Origin: Callorhinchus milii
Lineage: Eukaryota
NCBI RefSeq assembly: GCF_018977255.1
Contig: NW_024704742.1
Coordinates: 52,206,001 to 52,270,000 of the forward strand
Length of the DNA: 64,000 bases
Reading direction: 5' to 3'
The position numbers and the translations under genes were made by a program. The notes beneath the pieces are model-generated. The model had not been told where the DNA came from and did no database searches. It saw nothing but the letters and a program-made list of their open reading frames with translations. Positions 26,218-39,088 of this stretch are shown piece by piece. Position 1 is the stretch's first letter, and each line of letters begins with the position of its first letter.

Positions 26218-26720
26218 AGCCAGGCTCCACTGGCTCCCCATCACTGAATGGATTGACTTCAAAATCCTCACTCTTGTGTTCAAATCCCTTTCACTCCCTG
26301 GCACCTCCCTACCTCTCCGACCTCCTCACTCTCCAATCCACTACCCGGTGCCTCTGTTTGACTGGCACTGGCCTCCCGCTTGTCCCTCACACTCTCTGCC
26401 CCTCCATTGGAGGTTGTGCTTTCAGCCATTACGCCCTAAAACTCTGGAACACTCTCCCGCAATCTTTCCGCCTTGTTCTCTCTCTCTCCTTTTTCAAGTC
26501 CCACCTGAAAACCTTCTTCTTCGACCATGCTTACGGCCACCTCCCTCACCCCGTTCATCTTCAACTGAACCAATCCTGTGATGTTGTGATAAGATTCTCT
26601 GCTGTGAAATCAAAGGTTCAAGGTTAATCCACAAAATCTTTCAGTAGAAATCTATCACCTCTCCAGCGCCTTGGGATGTCCTCCTGACATGAAAGGCACT
26701 ATACAAATGTAATCTTGTAT
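26218..26720 (+). mobile_element. L2-clade LINE 3' fragment
   Basis: Peptides LHWLP / LAPPYLSDLL / AFSHYALKLWNTLP / FKSHLKTFFF; similar to 7312-7630. Confidence 0.8.
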
Positions 26721-28980
26721 TGTATCACATTTGCAGAAAATTACTGCAATTTTCCACAATTCTGCCCAATTTTAAAATTTAAGATAAAATTGCATTCATA
26801 ACTAAATACTAATATGGTCTCACAAGTCAAGATCTTTGAAATTGAGGGGCAAGACCAACTAAAACGTTCAGTCCTATGTGTGTAATAGTTGAGTTGGGAG
26901 GTTCAGGATGATGGAGTAGTATGTTAAATACTAAAGTGTAGTTGTTTTTACTACATGGAATGTGCCATTTGAACTTTCCCAGAAGATGAGTTTAAAGGGC
27001 AGAGAGCTAACTGCATTTGCCTCTTTCAGGTGAGCGAGATAGATTCCATGTCACTGTTCCAAAAAAGAAAGGACATTTTGTTGGTATCTTGGCCAACAAT
27101 CACCCAGATTAATTAGTCATTCACCACATGACCATTTGTGAGAGGTTTATGGGCCCAAATGGCTGCCATGTTTGCTTACAAAACTAATTACTAACATGGC
27201 ATTAACTAAAGTGAAGCACAAATAAATGCAAGCTACTACCTAAAGGAAGTAAGAATCCGAAATGCATACATTTACCCATACCTGTTAATCTACAAAGTAC
27301 ACAGTCACTACACTGTATAGTAGATCCTGTGAAGCGCTTTGAAAATCCAACTAATGTGAAAGGTAAATATGTTAAATGCAAAGATTATTATTTATTTACA
27401 CCTCGAACAAGATGAAGTTGTCCGAGGGAAGGGGAAAGCTGAAAGAGAGCTTGAGATCTCTTTGGTTGACTTGTCACTCACCATGTCAAAATAGTGCAAG
27501 GTAGCAATAAACAAGCCAAACAGAACGCTGGGCATCCCAAATCAGTTCATATCCCCAGAAGTCATACTCATACTCAAGATATACGCTGCTCTGACCAGGC
27601 CTCAAGTACACTCAAGTACACTCAAGTTGGCTGCTCAGGCAGTGTCAGAGCTGAGGAGAGCAATGAGGATAGTCCGCAGTGTTAGAGCAATGAACTATGA
27701 GCATCAAATGGACAAACTAGGGCTTTCAGTCTTCAAATTCAGTCTTTGATTTCAAGATCCTCACGCTCGCTTTCAAATCCCTTCATGCCCTGGCACTTCC
27801 CTACCTCTCCGACATGCTTTCCCCCCAACACACAACCCGCTGCCTCCGCTCGACTGGTTCTGGCCTTCTGCATGGCTCCCATGCCCTCCATTGCACCATT
27901 GGTGGCTACGCTTTCAACCACTATGCCCTGAAACTCTAGAACACTCTTTTTCTATACTAATTTTAAATGGGATTGAAAAGGTGAACCCTGAAGACCTTCC
28001 TATTCGACTGTGCCTACAGTCACCTCCCCCTCCCCCAGCTCAGAGTCGTGCTCTGTCACTGTCTAGAGCTCTGGGACCTACCTTGCATGAGCAGTGCTGT
28101 ATAAATGCAAGTTGTTGTTGAAAGAAGATGTTTCTGAGGGGACATTATAGAAGTATCTAGAATTTTAAATGGGATTGAAAAAGTGAACCCGGAACAAAAC
28201 TTTCGCATAAAATAAAGATAATTAAGAATATAAATTGCAAGTGTTTTGGTACTTTGAGTTGTTTTGTTTTTCCTTCTCATGTATTCAATTAGCAGCTGAA
28301 GTACAGAAATGTAAATATTTGTACAATGGGGCTACAACTGTAAACTGATCCTCCATTAATTTCAAAAGACAGTTTAATTATATAATTTGCTAAAATGCAA
28401 TTAACGGGAAGGTACTGTAATTTAATATCCCTAGTGACCGGCAGATTAATATTACAGATAAAGTGTCTGGCATACAGTTTAATGCCTCAGGCATAAGTTA
28501 CTTGATGTACTTTTCCGAGTTTACTGGAATCAGAGGAATGTAATTGAAAGGAAGGACTTTCGGTGACCGAGTTATTGATGGATAATGGGTACTTCATGAC
28601 GTCAACTTGTATTACTTCCTGTTGCAATTACTCCAGCTCAGACCTCAGGGCTCTGTACTGTAAAGGTCTGTTTTTATAAAATAATAATAATTATCCTTGC
28701 ATTTGATATAGCACCTTTCACATCAGGAGGACATCTCTAAGCACTTAACAGGATTTACTATGTATTTTGTAGGTGAATACAGCAGCCAATTTACGCTCAG
28801 CAGTGTCCCATTGACAGCCACAAAGTGAATAACCAATTTTGTCTGGGGCATTATTAACCAGGTCACTTGGAGAAACTTCCTTCTGTTTTTATATAGTGCC
28901 ATAGGATCTTTAATAGCTACCTGACTATGTGGATGAGCGCTTGGTTTAATGTCTCATACGAAAGTTAACAACTCTAACAT

Positions 28981-29336
28981 GGAGTCCTGTTGCGTATTGG
29001 TTACAGAACTTGCCTCCCAAGCGAGAGGACCTGGGTTTGATTCCGTACTCCACACGCCTGTTTACCTAGCAGTAAGTAGGAACCCAATTGTTTGTTGATT
29101 GGCGAATTGTTTTTCAGGGGGTAATAATTCATTCACAAAAAGAAATAATAATAATAATTTGGTCACTCAATCCACGGCTGTTTGTGGGATACTGCTGTGC
29201 ACAATTGGCTGCCACATTTTTCCCAGAAAATATACAGTCAATTCACTTTACAGTATATTCTGTGAAGAACTGTGAGGCGTCTTGAAGACACGATAAGGCA
29301 ACTATATCAAATGCAAGGATTATTACTGTTATTATT
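28981..29336 (+). mobile_element. tRNA-derived SINE (same family)
   Basis: Diverged head, core and (ATT)n tail that align by eye to the other copies. Confidence 0.8.
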
Positions 29337-30621
29337 AACATTGCATCACAGCCCCAGCACTGCAATGAAATATCAAGCCTAGACTTTGAGCTCCAAGAGA
29401 ATGCTACTAATTAAGTCATGATGACAAATAGTAGATAGTGACCAGCCCACAACTTGAGGTGGAAGGATTCCAAGGAAGGCCACTGCCCCTAAACAACGTT
29501 TTCAGGGCATGGTTTAGGAACCCAGACTCCTGTGGCAGTAGAGTTGTCGACTTATACCAGATATACATCAGAGACATGCTGTGGTTAAATTAACATTTAT
29601 AGTACTGTGATTCTTTTTGAGAACTGGATTAGAAGTAGTTCCTGAATCCTGATACCTACTAATCACGTTGTGAGGACTCAGACTTGTGCTTATCAGTTAA
29701 TTAATGACCAACTAGTGACTATTCTCTTTGAGTTGAAGTAAGCCTAAATTGGCTCCAAAGTGACATACCCGAAAAGCAAGATTCTAATTGAATTAATCTC
29801 TGTTGTGGTATTGGTCATCTGTTACTTAAGCCAAGCAGGTCCACAATACTTTAAGGCTTTGTTCATGATTGAGCAGTCAGCCTGACCCATTAATAATAAT
29901 AATAATAATCATCCTTGTATTTGATATAAGCGCCTTATCACGTCATTGAGGCGTCTCAAAACACTTTACAGAATATACTGCAAAGGTAATTGACTGTATT
30001 TTTGTGAGCGAAACACAGCAATATCCCACAAACAGTTGGATTGAGTGACCAAATTATTATTATTTGACCATTAGCAGGATTCAGAGGACATCAGTCCCTG
30101 GAGGCTGTAATTCATTCTACTCAGCTCCTGTTAACCCTGCAAATCAAAGCTCTAACCTTTGAGTGGTCCTCGTTGGATGAACAGTGAACACATTGCCAGT
30201 GTATTGTAGATCATGGTAAACTGCACAGTTTTAGTAGATTAAATTCTAGCACATCTACACTCCTCAATGTACATTCAAACAAAGAATTGAGTCTTGCCAT
30301 CCTGCACCCAAACACTTTGGGATTAGATAAGCAAGGGTGATCTGTCTTCTGGGGAGAGAGTGAATATACTTTATTTAGATATGTATCTTTACTACAATGA
30401 AAATCTTTAAACACAATAAAACATTGTCTAAACAAAAATATGAGTTTGTGTTATATTGCCGAAATGCAGCTGCTTGAGAAACATCTTTCCCTGTCCATAA
30501 CACAAAGTCGTCCTGTTAAAGGCATTGGAAAATTTATCAACAAAATGCTCTCCTTTAACCACAAAGCACACAGAGTCCACTATGGTACGTACACCATATG
30601 CACACTGTGGACAGTATGATT

Positions 30622-30800
30622 TATAATAATAATCCTTGCATTTGACATAGCGTTTTATCACATCATCGATACGTCTCAAAGTGCTTCACAGAATATAAAG
30701 TGAATTGACTGTATATTTTGTGGATGAAACGCGAAGCCAATTGCGCACAGCAATGTCCCACAAACAGTCGGGAATTGAGTGAGCAAATTATTATTATTTT
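30622..30800 (-). mobile_element. 5'-truncated SINE (same family); a further truncated copy lies at ~29890-30065
   Basis: Reverse complement of the core and tail. Confidence 0.8.
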
Positions 30801-31230
30801 AACAATGGTAACAATATAATGATAAATATACTTATGCAATTTAAACAGTGTTTGTACATTTAAACAGTTATTAGATACCAAGTAACTTATTTAACCTCTC
30901 CTTTACGAAGGCAAAATTCTGGAAGAAATATTAGACTTGATTGTTTTAATGTCAAATGTTAATCTTACTATGAACATGGTTATTACATGCCTCTAGAAAC
31001 AACAAAAAACTGGAACCATTTAGTGCTCAAACCGTATTCCAAGTAACAAGTCATTCACGTAAGTAAAACAAAAACTTCACTGTGTAAATCAAACATGAAT
31101 ATAATATAGACACTTGAAATGAGAATCACTGATATGGTGGTTCTGAGATATCAGCTCTAACGAAAGGTCATCGACCTGAAATGTTGACTCACTTTCCTCT
31201 CTCCATAGATGTTGCCTGACCTGCTGACTG

Positions 31231-31433
31231 TTATAACAATCCTTGCATTTGATATAGCGCTTTTCACGTCGGGAGGACGTCCCAAAGCGCTTCACAGAAC
31301 ACACTGTAAAGTGAATTGACTGTATATTTGTGGGCGAACGCGGCAGCCAATTGCGCACAGCAATGTCCCACAAACAGTCGTAGACTGAAAATGACCAATT
31401 TATTATTGTTTTGGTTTTGGAGGGATTATTATT
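31231..31433 (-). mobile_element. 5'-truncated SINE nested inside a Penelope-like repeat
   Basis: Reverse complement of the core and tail; the flanks continue the repeat family seen at 21840-22064. Confidence 0.8.
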
Positions 31434-31576
31434 AGTGTTTCCAGCGACTTGTGTTTTTAATCCAGATTGCCAGTATCTGCAGTGATTGGGTTTTTGTTTG
31501 GTTTGGTGATGTGGTGGTGTTGGGTTTGCTGCTGCCCAACTCTGAGCTGCTCTGCCTGGTTTCTCCGCCGGCCTGG

Positions 31577-31594
31577 AGCGCCCTCTGGTGGCTA
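31577..31594 (-). promoter_or_regulatory. CTCF-binding motif
   Basis: The minus strand reads TAGCCACCAGAGGGCGCT, matching the CTCF core consensus CCASYAGRKGGCRS. Confidence 0.65.
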
Positions 31595-34500
31595 CACGAT
31601 GCCAACATTGAGCAGTGTCAGGCTGTCACCCACCAGGGCATGTGTTTCCAGGTCTGAAGGTTGAAGCAGATGCTTATGGACTGTGAACTTTGCCTATTTG
31701 AAACGTGCACTTAGTCGATTCGAGGTCATCCATCACAAAACCTAACAACACGTAATATCAGTTGTGTTGACGTGTTATGGTTTCTTACAGCAGTGTAGTG
31801 TAATTGCAAATCTGCGAATAAAAGAGGATTTTTTTTGTACAGATCCACAACAAAGCAATCACTAAAGTGTGCGACTGAAGGAAAGTAGAAAATGAAGCAA
31901 CGAAAAGCACGAAATGCATACAAATTTACGATGCCCGTTTTGCCATTTGCAAGGTCATGTCTTTATATTCATCAGTCAGCTCAGCCTTGTGAATCCCACC
32001 GATGGAGAAGCAAAACAAGGCGGAGAGGGGTCGGAGATGCACATAACCGCGTCGCCTTCTATGTTTAAAAGTGCAGTGCTTTTAACGTGCAGCGACACTG
32101 CAAACAAATGACCGACGGACCAAATAGAAATGGACTTAAATTATCCTTCAATGTCATTAAATAAACGGAAGAGCCCGTTGCCTTCTCTGGAGGAGACGTG
32201 ACACATTGCAGATCAGACCAACAGAGGTGTTGTGTTCCTCGGGGATCATCGCAACCCGTCCGATTTCCCATCCGACTGTCGGATTTTCGCTTTGCAAAAA
32301 GTAGTAACGCAAACATATGACCATTGCTCGTCGTGTGAGGCAATCGGATCGCTGAGGGGGCGAAACCTCTTGTTAAAAAAAAAAACCCATTGCCAAAGTG
32401 TTGTGCAATTAGTTTGAAAGTCCCCTCGAGTCTGTGGCGAGTACTACGCAGGAGATTGTTGGTGAAACGATCAGCCACTCTCTGGGTCCTTTTTCATTGG
32501 AAGCAAAACAGAGTTTGTTTGTTTAAAAAAAGAATAAGATGAGGGTCACAATTACTCGGGAAACCCCCCCCCCCCCCCACGGGAAAGTTCGGGCAAATCT
32601 CATTGCTTGTTTGACGTTGTTGAGGACTCGTTCAGCAAAGCAAAAACTCATTCCTCAGGCAATGTTTATCTGTGCAAAGTAAGACAGCAGAGCGGGCAAA
32701 CCTCCTCCAACTGGTCTTCAAACTAATCAAAACAACGCGTTTCTTAGGCAAATCATCGATTGGAACGCCCCCCAGTGCCCACCGCTTACTGCAGTATATT
32801 AAATATATTAAAGTGACAATAAACCGATTATACTTGGCTTAACGGAGTCCCCACATCTGTCAGCAAGTTTAGCGAAGGGGAAAAGAGTTATTGGGTCTAT
32901 AAACGCTGAAATGGTCGATGCTTTCTCAAGATCACAACTGCAGAATGTGAACGGGATCTGTCTTATCCAAATTATCCATCCACCAACTCTACTTGTCAGT
33001 CGCTGCACAAGTAAATGTATACATTATGTTGTGTATGTATGTACTTGCCTACCTGTAGATACCCAACTCTCATGAGCATTTACTTTGCTATCTGTACTTA
33101 TCAACCTACTTATAATTATAACAATGAGCTCAAGCTTCATCTCAGAGGAACTTATGTCTTGACATTTTCTATTCAACTTTAACCCCTTTTCGGTCTACAA
33201 TGTGCCGCAGCTGGTCTGCACTGAATCACTCCATGGTATGGGGTCTCCTCTCCCCGTGGGTGTTTTCATGGCTGGGTCTACAGCTGTAGTCAGGGATAGG
33301 AAGTCGATCATCCGGTTCCATTTGTTTAACGTGTCTACAGTCAGCATCGCCTATATCTATATATATATATATATATACACCAGCAACTGGTGATTTGATG
33401 TGATATATTCAATGGATCGATTGGGAACTGGAACCACAATGACTTGGATAGTGATTCCTCATTCCAATATACACTGGTTGGTTTCTGGGTCCAAATACCC
33501 GAGCAGAGCTCCCCGATGGGTACTGAATACTGGTTAGCATGTTAGTCTTAAGAAATAGCTGGAAGAGCCACTGGTTAGTTAATTACCTTAACAAGTCTAA
33601 AAAACGTTTCAACGGGCTCTGTCTGGCCCTCTACTATTAATAATCCTTAGATTTGATAGTGTGTCTTATCATGTAGGTCTCAATATACTTCACAGGAGCA
33701 AATTTACTCTTCCCGCCCAGGTTTTGGAATTGTTGAATATCCAGATTGTCCGATTCCCAGCGCTTCTTTCCTTTAAACAATATTCAGCCAAGGAGGCGTG
33801 GGACTCGCCGTGGATTTGAGGATATTTTCAGAATCTCTTTTAGTCTGGATGCAAGAAAAGTCTACATGCGCCAGACATGATAAGGAAAGGCTTATTGGCA
33901 CATGAGCTCTGAATTGAATACAACTCAAGAATGGGACAAGACGAGTGGAGATGGCGAATGATAGACAGTTCTTTGTGTTGACATTGTAGTTATAGGCCAG
34001 ATTACAAATGGGATAAAGTGACCTTTTCCATGTTACTCAATTATGTGAATAAACCTTCCCACTGACACCAGATGTATTCCAATATTAAACCATTGTGGTG
34101 CTTTTTAATGGAGCTGTGTCTTTCGGGGCAGTGTCTTTGTGACTTAAAAGTATTGGCGGGAAATCAATGGTTATCTATTGTTAAATAATTATGACAGGCA
34201 CCAAATTTCGAAATCCGTGGAGAAATAATAATAATAATAATAAAAAGAATCCTTAAATTTGATGTAGTGCATTACATCGCATCGCCGAGACGTCTCAAAG
34301 TGCTTCACAGAATATGCTGTAAACTGAATTGAGTGTACATTTAGTGGGCCAAAAAGCAAGTTGGGTCTGACAGAAAGGACCAGGAGATAACCAAATAGAT
34401 GGGGGTGGTTCTGTGTGTATGTGTGTGTGAGGGGGTGGGGTTGGGTGAATAACTAACAGGGGACAAATGAATTGGTTGGATGCCATTGATCAAACCCTTT

Positions 34501-36963
34501 CTTGAGGCAATGAGCCCAGACTGGTACAGAACAATAGTGTCCAACGCTTAATTGCAAACAGATACCCGCCAGCTAACAAGTCTCTGCAAATCCACGGTTT
34601 ATGATCATAAAGCAAAGATCGCCCGGTGGAAACAATTGAGCAAGCGAGTTATTTGTTGTCAATTATAAGCCTGGGCGAACACGAACTCATAAACCGAGAG
34701 TTAAAGACGGGATCAAAAGCCCCTTCGATTCCCAGAGAAGAAACCACTGGTTTACAGTGCAATTCACAAACTGAAAAAAAACACACACACACATCACAGA
34801 CCCGGGGCTGTGTCCCGCCTTCATTCGGGGTCTGACTGCATAGCTGTAAACAAACCGAGCGGCTTTTAATGAAAATAAAAGTCACCCAAAGGTCATTATT
34901 TATATGGAGCAAATTGTCTGTCTGCAGAAAGACGGATAGCGCTCGCTGCATGGGGTGGTGGGCGGTCCACACAGCACCAAACTCAATCAAAGCAAAGCAT
35001 CACTTGTACTGGGGCTGGGACGTGGGTCAGAGCTTCCAGTTTGGGATGTGACTGCACACACACATACATCTGGAATGATTAGCAGTGGGGTTGGTTATCA
35101 ATGGCGTACCTTGAGTTTAACTCTGTCTGTCTGTCTGTCTGTCTGTCTGCAGTGTGTGTGTGTTTGGCATATCTCCTCTGTGTCACAGGAAGAGATGGCA
35201 TTGGGACCCCCACCCAGTAAGCTTTCCAGGGACACATATGGTGTGCGTTTTAACGCTTTCTATCAGACACATCCCCCAGATAAGAAAGAAAACAAACAAA
35301 CAAACAAACTGGCTTTTTTTTCAATTTGGAAAGGACATCTCTCTTACCTTATTTTCCCATTAGGACCACACAGCATTCCTGGGCATTTTTCAGGATTTTT
35401 ACCCCCCCACTCCTAGTTTTCAGGGCAGAAAGGTTCCCCAAGCAAGATTTATCCTCTCAACTTAACGGAACCTTTCTTTTCGGGAGGAACGAGCTCGTGA
35501 AAAAAAGGAAACGCGTTCAGCAAGTTTACAGAGTGTTTTAAAACCATGTCCACAGGTCACTTTAACAAGAAACTCAATGTCGGAACCAGAGAATTATTTG
35601 GGGAATTAGATTCTGTAAATTATGTCTCCAGATGTTGATGACGCGGGACCTATTTATTAATCTGCAGTATTGACTGTCTCACGCCGATGTTTGGCTAATA
35701 AACTGTTAGTGACAGAGAGAAAATTCAATTAAGTAGAATCAGCCGTAAAGTGAGAAGTAATGACATTTCACGCACAGCACTCACTTGGTTTCCACAAGCA
35801 ATGCCCTGCAAACCTTCAGACCAGAACCCTCAACTAACTAACTGGCCACACAAGGCAACGTTTTTTTCCTAAATGTTTGTTAACGACCTCAAGACGGGGA
35901 TTACTGGAGGGAGGCTGGTAATTACAGTTTGATCGGTGCAATGGGCCCGGGGCTCATTCCTCACTCTGCGAGTGACTGACAGCATCGGCCTGTCTCTCCC
36001 TCTCTCTCCCTCCCTCTCCCTCTCTCCCTCTCTCTCTGCTCTTTGGCTGCACTGCAACTGATAAACAGGATGGCTCTTTGATATCTGCTGCGCTGCTCTT
36101 GAGAGATAATTTTAGTTTTGCAGATGCACATCAAAGGATTTCATCCCCTATAAGGCGTTTGTCACTGCAATGGGCAAAATAATAGTTTGGGGGAAAAGTG
36201 TGTGTGTGGGGGGGGGGGGGGGGGGGAGTTCTTTCAGTTATGACATGAAATGCCAAATCGTGGAATTGTTGTGGACTGAAGGGAAATGTTTGCTCTCTGC
36301 AGACGTCGTGTATAAAAGGATCGATTGGGCTGATAAAGTGAAGAACACATGCGGCTGGGACAGAAATGAGCCTCCATTAGATGTGTATGCAGATGTGCTG
36401 ATTCAGCGCTTAATGTTTTTGAGAGTTAATTGCAGAAGGCAGTTTATGTAAAGGGATGTGTTACTGTACATCTGTTTCGTTTATCTCCACATCTCGAGTA
36501 GGGTCTGGAAAATAGCGAGTAGGATTTGAAAGCTCAGATCTCTTTGTCTTCAGATTTTTTTTCCCCTTTCCCATTTGGAACCGCTTTATCTTAATAGGGA
36601 AAATAGACCTCAGACTATATTTATACCGCTTGGATGCCAGGCCATCCACCAAATGTCTGCAGTCGCACAGAGTGATTCAAATGATTGTTACAACTCTACA
36701 TATTCTGTGAAGCGCTTCGAGACGTCTCGAAGACGCGATAGAGCTCTACATCAAATGCAAGAATTATTATTATAAAATCATTTCCCCAGTTATTCCTCGA
36801 TTAGAAGCTTAGTCTAATCAACTCAGAAAGATAGGGATAATGACTGACTGTTGACTTCTTAACTGTAAACATTCAGATTCTGACCAGGAGCGAGAACAAG
36901 AAACAGATAATTGTGAGTAAACAGAGACAATGAGGAGTGAGACTGGGAAAAAAAGACAGATAC

Positions 36964-37402
36964 AGAGAGAGGAGAGGAGAGAGAGAGAGGAGGGGGAGAG
37001 AGAGAGAGGAGGGGGAGAGAGAGAGGGGGGGAAGAGAGAGAGGAGGGGGAGAGAGAGAGAGAGAGAGGGGGGGGAGAGAGAGAGGAGGGGGGAGAGAGAG
37101 AGGAGGGGGAGAGAGAGAGAGAGGGAGGGGGGAGAGAGAGAGGGGGGGAAGAGAGAAAGGAGGGGGAGAGAGAGAGAAGGAGGGGGAGAGAGAGAGGAGG
37201 GGGAGAGAGAGAGAGAGAAGGAGGGGGAGAGAGAGAGAGAAGGGGAGAGAGAGAGGAGGGGAGAGAGAGAGGAGGGGGAGAGAGAGAGAGGGGGGGAAGA
37301 GAGAGAGAGGAGGGGGAGAGAGAGAGAGAGAGAGAGAGAAGGAGGGGGAGAGAGAGGGGGGGGCGGAAGAGAGAGAGGAGGGGGAGAGAGAGAGAGGAGG
37401 GG

Positions 37403-37433
<31 letters not shown>

Positions 37434-37596
37434 AAGAGAGAGAGGAGGGGGAGAGAGAGAGAGGAGGGGGAGAGAGAGAGGGGGGGGGAAGAGAGAGAGG
37501 AGGGGGAGAGAGAAAGGAGGGGGAGAGAGAGGAGGGGAGGGGGGGGGGAGAGAGAGAGAGAGAGAGAAAGAGGAAAAGACTTAGAGAGGAGGGGAG
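36964..37596. repeat. Polypurine (GA/GGA/G-run) low-complexity tract
   Basis: About 630 bp of almost pure A/G on the + strand, built from variants of GAGGAGGGGGAGAGAGA. Confidence 0.95.
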
Positions 37597-38055
37597 CAAC
37601 AGTCACAGGGAGACTAAAGAGAGCGAGTTTTACATTTTGCAATTCCTCGACCACCTCTTAATCCGTATAGTCCAGTTACTCAGTTACTCCTACTCTGCCT
37701 GTGGTGAGATTGTCCCGTTTAAACAAAAAACAACAACGTCTGTCGTCCTCGATAATGTCACCGGAGCACTCTTGCCCAGTTCTTTCGGGGTAATACGGTA
37801 TCCTGTTCGCATCCAGAACAAGAGGCTGTTCACATTGGCCTCGCCGTTGCCTCCAATAATTTCCTGGAGCACATGTGGAAGTAATAGTTGGCCTGTGCAT
37901 TCACAGCGCAGAAGATATATTACTACAGCGAGCGGCTGCAGGCAAGATGGGAAACAACCCAAAGGGAAGGAAGGAGAGAGCCATCAAACCTGCAGAATGC
38001 CCGACCAGGGATACACTTACACACTCATTTGCATCTAATCTCATCACGTTTCTCC

Positions 38056-38093
<38 letters not shown>

Positions 38094-38891
38094 CTCTCCC
38101 CACTATTTGATGCTCCATCGATAGTGAAGTAAGGCAATGGGTGAGATAGAGAGCATCTTCTTTAAAACAAACAAGCGCACACTCTCGGCGTCCCCCTCCT
38201 CTGAGATGGTTGTTAGGATTACCTCTAAACTGGACCCCCCCCCCCCCCACTCCACCCCATTGCCCTTTCCTCTACATAGCAAGGATTTCCCCCGCCTCCC
38301 CGTTAGGCTTTGCTGTACGTATACTCAAAAATGGTTATTTCACAACATATTTAAACAATCGTAGAACCGGTTCTTACTTTTCTATGCATTAATCTTTTTT
38401 TCAAAAGTATACATTTTATTCTGCAAAACGATTGTGTGCGCGGTTGCCAACTCGCACAAAACCCAAGGCAGCTTCCTCTACAGCTTGCAAAATAATAAAA
38501 AAACTTTTTTTGTTGTGTTCGCCCTCCATATAATGTGCATTTATTCGATGCACTACTGCACGTAGATTCCTCCAGTTGGCTCAAACTAATGCTACCCAAC
38601 AAGTTTGGGCTGTGCTGAGATGCAGGGAATGCAGTTTGACACCATTTCGACGCTGCTGAGGGTTAAATTCATTCATAAAAGAGAAATGGTCCTGACGGCG
38701 CATTCTCCGAGGGAGAAGAAAAGTATTTTACTCCATGTAAAACTTTCCCCCAAAAAAACACACATATGGCAATTTTCTGAGCGAGGGATCCCTGGATGCT
38801 CTGTGTGGATAAGAGCTGCATATAGCCTGGCAGTCAGTGGGACTCCAGGCAGTGATTGAGTGCTGGCGACTCTTATTGTGAAGCCAACGCA

Positions 38892-39088
38892 GGGGCTTCA
38901 TTTCCTGACAGTTATTTACTTAAAGCAGATGATTAGTTTTTTTGGAAAGGATGGACTGAAACGTTGAATCAATTACAAGACGCTGTTCTTTGCGCCCATT
39001 AGAGATCAGAGCGCAGCCCAAGCGCTGTAGGTGTAGGTGCCCACTTCTCCCCGTCACAGGAGTTTGCGGATTAACCACTTCGCACAAG
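38892..39088 (+). promoter_or_regulatory. pdgfra: PDGFRA core promoter and non-coding exon 1
   Basis: The block GGGGCTTCATTTCCTGACAGTTATTTACTTAAAGCAGATGATTAG...GGATGGACTGAAACGTTGAATCAATTACAAGACGC...GCCCATTA closely resembles the human PDGFRA promoter/5' end as I recall it (not aligned computationally). It is followed by a strong donor CAAG|GTAAGG at 39088/39089. Confidence 0.75.

Noticed and set aside
36818..37661. Four long ORFs (215-278 aa) on both strands
   Set aside because: They are translations of the polypurine tract (E/R/G or S/L/P only); stop codons are absent for compositional reasons.
37690..37962. Minus-strand ORF containing LFWMR...GKS, reminiscent of a Cdx hexapeptide in the expected orientation and position
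   Set aside because: The match is only 3-4 residues, with no Cdx-like N-terminus, no splice donor at the expected place and no homeobox exon. It is consistent with chance.
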